In this document: piece by piece, positions 57,039 to 64,000 of the stretch
How the letters are laid out: each line of letters starts with the position of its first letter
Position numbering within the stretch: position 1 is the stretch's first letter
Virus record (IMG/VR): IMGVR_UViG_3300028805_000070
Location: 69,083-133,082 of that record
Length of the DNA: 64,000 bases
Origin: a virus
Lineage: Duplodnaviria; Caudoviricetes
Strand: one strand, 5' to 3'
Position numbers and translations under genes: made by a program
Notes under the pieces: generated by a model
Database searches by the model: none
What the model saw: the letters and a program-made list of their open reading frames with translations, nothing else
Told to the model about the DNA's origin: nothing

Positions 57039-57257
57039 ATATTACCAACCACTCGCGTCCCACCGCCCTGTTCTACTTGCTTAGTAGTATAACGATAATC
57101 ATTACTGTATGACTACTATTTCAGACCATACCGCCTACCCTTACCCACATTCGTGGCATCCATCGCGGCTTCCTTATTCGTACTTCCGCCTACTCCTCAT
57201 GATTATCTTCTACATTCGTCAAGTAGTCATGCGCCAAAGCCTTGTCCGTTGGTAGAG

Positions 57258-57328
57258 AGCCTCCAGACGGATTTGAACCGCCAGTTCCATATTACAAATA
57301 TGGAGTATTACCATTATACTATAGAGGC
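57258..57328 (-). tRNA. tRNA-Thr(TGT)
   Basis: CCATA-TTTGTAA-TATGG. Confidence 0.88.
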
Positions 57329-57331
57329 AGA

Positions 57332-57403
57332 AGCCGCTAGCTAGAATTAAACCAGCATCGCTGCTTTACGAGAACAATATAATAACCATTATACTATAGC
57401 GGC
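57332..57403 (-). tRNA. tRNA-Thr(CGT)
   Basis: Loop CTCGTAA; degenerate T loop. Confidence 0.7.
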
Positions 57404-58150
57404 TTATATTTTCTCCCAATCTTCATCAGAATAAGAATTAATTTCTTTCTTAGTTCTTGGCAATTGTAATTTATCACACCACTTTCTTACCGTATTACCA
57501 TCTACATTAAAATTACGTCCTAATTGTTCAAATGAGATATTTCTAATCATATTTTTTAATTCATCTCGTGCTGGTAATTCAACTTTTGTTTGATGCTTTA
57601 ATGCACATTCTTTACAACGTTTTGCACCTTTAGTAATTTTTTTCCCACATTCAATACAATAGCTATGAATTTCAGTAGTATGTATTGTTTTATTATTTAT
57701 CTGTACTATTTGTATTGGACCATTCATTTGCTGTACTATTTTACTTAATTCATAATCTCTTGCGGGTGTAATATTTTTAGTACTACCTTGTAAAGTTATA
57801 TCACTAAGATATAAGCTTTTTTGAGTCTCACCACAAATTTCTACTGGAACTAAATATGAAGTACCATTGAAATAAGTATAAAAATAATCAATTTCATCTG
57901 TAGTATATGTATGCTCTAATACTTCTTTTGTATTTCCTCGTATACTGGTTGTTTTAAATGAAATACTTGTTCCATATTCATTTAATAAACTAGTTTTACA
58001 TTGTATACGTTTTAACTGTCCTCCAATATCAGCAATATAATCATAACGACAATCATGTGATATTGGTTTACTCAACATAATACCCAATTCAGTAAAAGCT
58101 AATTGACAATAAGTTTCAGTTATAAGTCCTTTTTGATTAGTTTCATTCAT
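57404..58150 (-). CDS. PD-(D/E)XK endonuclease with Zn finger and HTH
   Basis: KGLITE, RYDYIAD, RIQCKT, YTTDEIDYF, CIECG..RCKEC, HTH. Confidence 0.8.
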   Translation of the reverse strand: MNETNQKGLITETYCQLAFTELGIMLSKPISHDCRYDYIADIGGQLKRIQCKTSLLNEYGTSISFKTTSIRGNTKEVLEHTYTTDEIDYFYTYFNGTSYLVPVEICGETQKSLYLSDITLQGSTKNITPARDYELSKIVQQMNGPIQIVQINNKTIHTTEIHSYCIECGKKITKGAKRCKECALKHQTKVELPARDELKNMIRNISFEQLGRNFNVDGNTVRKWCDKLQLPRTKKEINSYSDEDWEKI

Positions 58151-58631
58151 AATATCACTCTCCTGATATTTAAAATATATTTGGGCTTGCGGAAGAGCGC
58201 ATTACTCGTTGGTTAATTACTCCAACGCTACCCCAGTACTACCATTATACGATGGAGGCAGATTGGGAGAAGTCAGTCATTCCTAATGCTCCCTGGAGTT
58301 CAACTTATATCCCGCCTAAAAATGACACTCATCGGCGGCATACAAGAAAGATTGTTCTTTCTCGGGATCTCTCCCCTTGGTACATTAATATTATAACAAA
58401 ATTTTTATTAAAAGTCAAATATTAGATTTTTGGAGTTCCATTATAGCAGTCATTTAAAATTACGAGTATGAAAAATATAACGAGTATAAGTAATCCCCAA
58501 CTCATAGTTATCATCTCAGTATGCGATACGCATTGTTAGGAAGAGGAATAGAAGGATAAGTATAGGGATAAAGAAGAGTTTCTTCATATGCATCAACTCC
58601 ATATAGAAAATGCCCCATTTAATGGGGCGAG

Positions 58632-58715
58632 TCCGGGTGGTGGGATTCGAACCCACAAGGAGCTACGCTCCGACAGATTTTAAGTCTGTTGCCTGGGCCG
58701 TTCGGCTACACCCGG
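58632..58715 (-). tRNA. tRNA-Leu(TAA)
   Basis: ACAGA-CTTAAAA-TCTGT, long variable arm. Confidence 0.9.
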
Positions 58716-58827
58716 ATAAAATACAGGATTTGTTCGCCATACGTCTATGGTCAAGCAGAGTATTAAGTGAAGTAGCTTCTCATCACTCCTGTAAATTTGA
58801 TAGTATATAACCCTTACCACACTATCA

Positions 58828-59272
58828 TTGCGCTCTAGAAACGCCGGTTTTGTTGTCGGGAACCATCACTCTCTTTATATACCGCAAGTTACCGGCGGTT
58901 CTTGATTTCGGGGAACTTCCCCTGCGGCCAAGAGAAGCCTTATCTACGGCGCGGAGTGGTATCCGGCGTAGGGGAGGACCCGGGCCTTACAGCCAGCCCT
59001 AATGGTAGTTTTTCCTCATACTGGAGATTGCTAAGGAAAATGCAACTAGTACTCAGCGCCATTCTCGACGCTGACATTTACCTTTCATACAAAGCGTGTA
59101 CTCATTAAGCACACACCCACGGCTTTTGTTTTAGCTCCCATCTTATAAAAGCCGTAAAACCGGAGCACAACTAGTTCCGACATTTATAACGCGCACATCT
59201 CAGTTGTCAGCAATTGCGCGGGCGAAGGGTCTATTTTTTACTTGCTTACTACCATCGTCCATTAAAGCGCAA
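58828..59272 (-). ncRNA. Large structured RNA B (AGAACCGC...GCGGTATATAA family)
   Basis: 10-bp terminal helix TTGCGCTTTA/TAGAGCGCAA; long-range pairs CCGGTTTT/AAAACCGG and GGGAGCTA/TGGTTCCC. Confidence 0.6.
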
Positions 59273-59347
59273 GTGTCCGTTTCCTATGATAGAATACCTC
59301 GACCAGAGCAGGCTCCGAGCGGTACAACGGCTCATACTATCAAAATA

Positions 59348-59410
59348 CTAGGCACATTTGAAAACTTTTTAATAGCAAGTTGTTCCTCATAGGGTTGCTG
59401 TGTGTGCCTA
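59348..59410 (-). ncRNA. CAGCA-stem RNA 4
   Basis: TAGGCACAC-ACAGCAA...TGTGCCTAG. Confidence 0.7.
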
Positions 59411-59413
59411 TAG

Positions 59414-59475
59414 CATGACACCTTATATTTCATCAGAATATATGTAAGTGATTATAATATTGCTGTCGGTGTCAT
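59414..59475 (-). ncRNA. CAGCA-stem RNA 5 (anticodon-like loop CUGAUGA)
   Basis: ATGACACCG-ACAGCAA...ATATT-CTGATGA-AATAT...GGTGTCATG. Confidence 0.7.
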
Positions 59476-59561
59476 TTTAAATACCAAGGCCCTCGCATAT
59501 ACATAATATATGGATACCTTGTGCCTCCTGCTATAGTAGGTCGGTCTGTCTTGCACTTTAT

Positions 59562-60179
59562 TTATTCTTCTATATAATATTTCCATTTGTATCCACCAGA
59601 AGTTTTGTTAGGATTTTTACACGCTTTGGAAATATTACTATGATCTCCTTTTATTGCTTTAGCAGCAGCGGATACAGAAGGAAAAATTTGTATAATCTCA
59701 TTAGTATTTATATCTATTTGTGCAACAGGTCTGGCTTTATATTTATTATTCTAATTAGTATTTAATTTAGATTGCTTTATGGCAGTTTGAACTGTTTCTT
59801 TTGCACAATGATATTTTCGAGCAATGGCTAAAATTCCCATTCCAGATAAAAAATCATCAATAAATAAATCATAATTATATAATTGTTTTCCATCACCGCC
59901 ATGAGTAGCATTATATCCATTATGAAATGTATTTAATTCATTAATCCAATATTTTTCTCGTTCTTCTAATATAGATAATTCACATTTTTCAAGCTATGAA
60001 ACTGAGAAATGTTCAATTCCATATTTATTCATAGCATCATATAAAGGTCGTTTTTCACATCGAGAGCGTGTAGAATCTTTTATATGCTCTCTAAACCTTT
60101 TTTCTATAGTGTCAGTGGTTTTTCCTACATACTATTTCCCATTAATATCATTTGTAATACAATAAATAAAACCTGTCAT
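59562..60179 (-). CDS. GIY-YIG/NUMOD1 homing endonuclease (3 in-frame TAG)
   Basis: GFIYCITNDINGK*YVGKT...RF.EH...EREKYWI...GYNAT.GGDG...FPSVSAAA...GGYKW. Confidence 0.88.
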
Positions 60180-60274
60180 AATAATTCCTCCTATGAATTA
60201 AAATTGTGGCCGGTAATAGGAGTACCTTAATCTCGTTGGTCATGACTCCAACGCTACCCAAAATATAAAATATA

Positions 60275-60393
60275 CAAGACACACTTTAACCGCGCTTCTG
60301 CCAATTGAGCGACCTCCCATCAGCTGGGAGGGTTGGAGTCGAACCAACACTTGACGGGCTCCCTAAGCAAAGAAAATAATGCTGATGTGTCTT
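60275..60393 (-). ncRNA. CAGCA-stem RNA 6: YrlA-like Y RNA with circularly permuted tRNA domain
   Basis: AAGACACAT-CAGCAT...T arm GTTGG-TTCGACT-CCAAC, closed acceptor CCTCCCA-GCTGA-TGGGAGG, D arm GCTCAATTGGCAGAAGC...GTGTGTCTTG. Confidence 0.8.
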
Positions 60394-60398
60394 TAAAG

Positions 60399-60469
60399 CG
60401 GCCCCTGAGAGAATCGGACTCCCATCAAGCGGTTAACAGCCGCCCGCTTTACCATTAAGCTAAGGGGCC
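60399..60469 (-). tRNA. tRNA-Asn(GTT)
   Basis: GGCGG-CTGTTAA-CCGCT. Confidence 0.9.
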
Positions 60470-60560
60470 AAATATTGCCTACCCAAAGTTCCTCAAATGA
60501 GGCGGAACAGGCGGCTAATAGTGTTCCTTATGATGGCTCAGGCGGGATACCCTTGCCGAG

Positions 60561-60633
60561 TGGCACAGACAAGAATCGAACTTGCATTTGTTGGGTATGA
60601 GCCAACTGTCCTAAGCCTTTAGACGACCGTGCG
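60561..60633 (-). tRNA. tRNA-Met(CAT), initiator-like 1:72 mismatch
   Basis: GTTGG-CTCATAC-CCAAC; C1 unpaired. Confidence 0.8.
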
Positions 60634-60731
60634 ATATAAAAAGGTCAACTTGTAGCTATCAAGCTGACCGAGGTAATCCTAGCTACAGAAACCATACCAT
60701 AAGCGCACCTTCTGCCGAGTCGCCAATACGC

Positions 60732-60918
60732 GGCGACCCGCTGGACTTGAACCAGTTCTCTATGTATAGGCTGTCCCTCTTCTCAGATTGGCCCTGAGAT
60801 ACGGCCGCAACTTTTTTAAACACGTACAGTTGCTGGTACAATCGCGATACCCTCAGAGGATTTGAACCTTCATCTCCGCCACTGGCGTTGTTTTCTCCAA
60901 CTTAAACTATCTTTGGGC
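60732..60918 (-). pseudogene. Two degenerate tRNA-like elements (60732-60808 and 60848-60918)
   Basis: T arms (CTGG-TTCAAGT-CCAG; GAAGGTTCAAATCCTC) and acceptor-like ends but no canonical anticodon arm. Confidence 0.45.
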
Positions 60919-60924
60919 ATATAA

Positions 60925-61760
60925 GGAGCTTGATATCCGAGCCTCCCAACCTCGGTCATATGATACCGCCGATTCAGAGTAGGCAGCGAGTTTCCCGACT
61001 TGCTCTGACAAATCTGTTGGTTCCTCATATCATATGAAAGACTACCAAGCTAGTAGCAGTTTGCTCTTGCTTGTAGACACCGGCTTATTTTATATACCGC
61101 GGACGGTGCGCGGCACCTTTTTTTTACGTGGGTTATGTATCCACGGAGGTTGCTCGTCGCAACCCGCTTCATAGAGCGGCCTCGATTTTTTATCCTCGGT
61201 CTCTCCGAGACCAACGGCCTACTCCGGGCTTACTCCGGTATTCCGATGCGCTTCGTTTGGTGTCTTATGCGCGTTTCAGGCTTGCAATCCTGCGAGAGCA
61301 TCCGACGTCCGGCTCTCCTGCCGGTCGGCAGCTTCCCTCCCATCGGTTCTTCAGCCAAATACCAATTCATCGACTGGACTACTAATGTTTATACTCGTAA
61401 GCTCTACCGAGTGTTCCGGCCTACACATTGTGACGAGGAGTGGGCGGCGAAGAACGCGGTTCTTCTAATCCACTTACTTTGTTCTAGGTAGCTACTCCTA
61501 GCCAAACGGAGCCTTCTCCATATTTCTCTCGTTTTTCAGCCGTTAAGTTTTCCGCCTAAGCGAGGATAACTTATAACCCATACGCGTACTATGTTTGCAC
61601 TGCCATCTCGCTGCGTTGCATAACAGATGAATCTTCTGCGACCTAGCCGGCTCCTTTTGATGTTCTCGGACATCTGCGTGTGGGGAGTCTAGATATACCT
61701 TCTCACTTAACCGCTCAACTGCATCTTTTACTTGCACCAGTGAGAGGCAAGCCCATTATA
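60925..61760 (-). ncRNA. Large structured RNA C of about 800 nt (AGAACCGC...GCGGTATATAA family; ROOL/GOLLD size class)
   Basis: No credible ORF, GC-rich, many hairpins; motif at 61456-61463 and 61090-61100; boundaries approximate. Confidence 0.55.
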
Positions 61761-61765
61761 TGGGA

Positions 61766-61824
61766 CTAGGCGCATCAATATTATATTACCCTCTAATATA
61801 TATAAATATTGCTGTAAGCGCCTA
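61766..61824 (-). ncRNA. CAGCA-stem RNA 7
   Basis: TAGGCGCTT-ACAGCAA...GCGCCTAG. Confidence 0.7.
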
Positions 61825-61827
61825 TAG

Positions 61828-61948
61828 TCCGCCACCCTGGACTCGAACCAGGGACACACGGCTTATTGGTGGAGCCCAAGAGTGCTGCCCTCTCGTAAAG
61901 CCTAGCAAGCCCCAAGGCCGCCGCTCTAACCGACTGAGCTAGTGGCGG
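61828..61948 (-). tRNA. tRNA-Ile(TAT) interrupted in the anticodon by a 47-nt mini-tRNA-like insert (61867-61913)
   Basis: Canonical acceptor, D and T arms; GCGGC-CTT[insert]ATAA-GCCGT. Confidence 0.8.
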
Positions 61949-62567
61949 ATAAAATCAGCAGTGCAAGCAGTCATCTTACCAAGCGCGGCATCGCCATCCG
62001 AGCGGCGTGCCCAGTTGACTAAACTGGGAAGCAAGTCACCGCTTGAGGATTTGAACCTCTACACTACGTTCCTACCCTTTCAACATATTTATTATAACAT
62101 AATTTTTATTGAAAGTCAAATATTAGTCAAGGAAATTTTCAACCAGATTTTCCGTAGAGTAACCAATGCTTTCGATAAAGCGCGCAAAGGCATCGCACAC
62201 ATCGGGCAACTTGATACCAGATTCATTTGAAATAGTTATTTCTACGTCTTCCGTGGGTATCTCGCTATCCTTATCTTCATCTTCAAAAGTATACCAGAAT
62301 CTAATCGTTTCCATCTCTTTCCCTTCCTTTCGTAAATATTATACCTTAATTTTCCTCTTTTGTCAAGTAATCGTTTTCCAAATCTTCAATAGACCAATCT
62401 TCATCTTCAAGTTCTTCCCAAGAGAAATTCATAATGAAATCATCTAGCATCAATTTCGCCCCTTTCTCTTCCTTACAAACATATTATAACAAAAATTCAA
62501 TTAAAAGTCAAATAAAAAACTCCGTATATTTCAGAAACTAATTGCGTTAGCCTGATAGGGATACGGA

Positions 62568-62812
62568 GGTGCGGCCGCGGGTTCGCAACTCCCCGACCAC
62601 GGGCGATGTATGGCGTCGCCTTGCCCGCAATATAACGTGTTGTGACTACGCTCCTATTTAACATCGGGGAGATAGATGAGTATTTTTACGGAATACTAAA
62701 TTCGTTGCTATATTACTATAGTAGCCTAACACCGGCTCTCATACATCTGTCATCCTAGGCTGACTTAACGGGGTAATGACTCCCGGGTAGCATACGTGCT
62801 TGCCTGCGCACC
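62568..62812 (-). ncRNA. Candidate structured ncRNA of about 245 nt
   Basis: Terminal helix GGTGCG/CGCACC, GC-rich, downstream of tRNA-Gly, followed by a terminator-like hairpin 62520-62568. Confidence 0.4.
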
Positions 62813-62848
62813 CATTCTTTTCGCGATAGGTGAATGAGAGAAACCCAG

Positions 62849-62919
62849 AGCGCCATACCCGAATCGGACGGGCATTAGATGCTTGGAAGGCACCTGTGTT
62901 ACCTTTACACCAATGGCGC
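62849..62919 (-). tRNA. tRNA-Gly(TCC)
   Basis: GGTGC-CTTCCAA-GCATC, U73. Confidence 0.88.
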
Positions 62920-63903
62920 AATATATTCATCTATCCAATCATAAATAGTCATATATTCTATGAATGGATATTGTTCCGCAGTCATATTACGAATTAAAGT
63001 ATACTCAACTTTATTAGAAGTAAGAATACTTTTTAATTCTTTAATATCTATTTCTAGATAAGAAAGAAAGATTGGAATATAAGGCTACAAAGTTTCTTTC
63101 ATTTTCGTCTTCAATATCTCTTTTTCTTCGTCATTGTTGGCCGTTTGAGAATAAAAATAGAATGATAAAAGGTCGTGCATTCCCATATCATATATCGTAT
63201 ACATTTGCGCGCCTGTTAATGATTCGTGTTGAATCATTTGTACTATTGGAACAAACGTACTTTGAATAGTATCAGATATTACTGCACAATGATAGGTTTC
63301 CTATTGAGATATTGATCCTTTTGACTTAACCCAAATATAAAAACTTTCTTCCCAGATATTAGGTTCTATATTATTTTTAATACAAGTTAAAATAATTTTA
63401 CGTGTAAAATTAATATCTTCGCTATAAATTAATTTATCATAATTGATATTATTTTTTCTTAAAAAAGAAAGCTCAAAAAATTTACCGTGCGTATAAATAT
63501 CCATAGGAGTATATGATACTGATTCATCATCATTAGAATGATGCTCTACTCCCGTATATAGGGTATTCTAAATATGATTTTTAATTATATATTCACGTAC
63601 TTTATCAAAGGTATAATCACAAAAATAGTCATCTTGATCCTAAAAACATATCCATTCGCCTTGTACTTCTTCTAATCCGTGCTGACGACCTGGCCGCGGG
63701 AATCCATAATGCTTATCATTTTGGATTACTCTAATATGAAGCATAGGGAATTGCGCCAAAACATCATCAAATGGTTCAGTAGAGATATCGTCTGATATGA
63801 TAACTTCAATATCGTCTATACACTTATTTGTAGCGATAGCCTAAAGCGCGGCTGGGAGATACTTGTTAGGATTATAAGTCGGTATAATAATTGAGAAGAA
63901 CAT
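62905..63903 (-). CDS. Glycosyltransferase family 2 (5 in-frame TAG)
   Basis: FSIIIPTYN, IISDD.S, GEWICF*DQDD (DxD), SEDINF; TAA at 62905. Confidence 0.85.
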
Positions 63904-63927
63904 AATTACCTCGTTTTAGAAAGAATA

Positions 63928-63992
63928 CTCGGCACATTGATAATTAGCTGTTATCTTCTAAATGGTGCTAAAAAAGTTGCTGTATGTGCCGA
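63928..63992 (-). ncRNA. CAGCA-stem RNA 8
   Basis: TCGGCACAT-ACAGCAA...ATGTGCCGAG. Confidence 0.7.
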
Positions 63993-64000
63993 TAGTTATT

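Larger units (their letters stand above)
4459..62511 (-). promoter_or_regulatory. About 20 dispersed sigma70/sigmaA-type promoters TTGAC(T/A)-N17-TATAAT
   Basis: Plus-strand ATTATA...(A/T)GTCAA at about 4459, 10249, 12895, 19463, 23613, 26590, 29517, 34171, 38858, 40602, 42534, 44573, 46231, 47833, 48784, 53761, 58390, 62090 and 62483. Confidence 0.8.

Noticed and set aside
58828-59040. RNase P RNA resemblance (GAGGAAAA..., GGUAA loop, ACAAAACCGGC)
   Set aside because: The two putative P4 strands are not complementary and each pairs elsewhere, so the topology does not match RNase P
60470-60560. HDV-like theta ribozymes after tRNA 3' ends, as in other recoded gut phages
   Set aside because: I could not build a convincing nested double pseudoknot by eye; needs a motif search
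62036-62061. Isolated T-arm-like sequence AGAGGTTCAAATCCTC
   Set aside because: No matching D or anticodon arm; at most a tRNA remnant
49424-62919. Amber suppressor tRNA (CUA) or tRNA-Gln expected from the TAG recoding
   Set aside because: None of the anticodon loops I could read is CUA, UUG or CUG; the CTA in tRNA-Leu(AAG), Arg(ACG) and Arg(TCT) loops is out of register. It may lie outside the window.
929-63269. Plus-strand ORFs of the ORF track and minus-strand ORFs 56360-56794, 56607-56882, 52678-52863, 61543-61737, 62739-62930
   Set aside because: Shadows of minus-strand genes, or overlapping tRNAs/ncRNAs; no SD or recognisable motifs

Overview
A 64-kb segment of a large, AT-rich lytic phage genome, probably with a Firmicutes-type host (strong AGGAGG Shine-Dalgarno sites and about 20 TTGAC-N17-TATAAT promoters). 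Essentially everything is on the minus strand. 1-19.5 kb is the replication module: DnaE-type Pol III alpha (runs off the left edge), RecJ, primase, DnaB-like helicase, Sak4-like ATPase, SSB, and topoisomerase II A/B with a group I intron in subunit A. 19.5-39 kb holds small ORFs, an iteron-type origin candidate, nucleobase salvage genes, PIN-PhoH, ClpP, DNA ligase, dNMP kinase and RNase H. 39-47.5 kb is an RNA-repair cluster: RNA ligase, nucleotidyltransferase, TROVE/Ro60-like vWA protein, phosphoesterase and Pnk. 49-64 kb is an array of 24 tRNAs mixed with homing-type nucleases and many ncRNAs. The phage uses TAG as a sense codon (most likely Gln) in at least 11 genes that the standard-code ORF track fragments, while core replication genes have no internal TAG. 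Highlights: (1) eight covarying 'CAGCA-stem' small RNAs with interchangeable tRNA-derived payloads, one a YrlA-like permuted tRNA mimic, near a Ro60-like gene and RNA-repair enzymes; (2) a tRNA-Ile(UAU) whose anticodon is split by a 47-nt mini-tRNA-Ala ending in ACCA; (3) a 7-nt, UAG-containing gap inside the PHP motif of dnaE that resembles a programmed ribosomal hop next to a GIY-YIG nuclease; (4) three large RNAs sharing an AGAACCGC...GCGGTATATAA core. All calls were made by eye; no database searches or folding programs were run.
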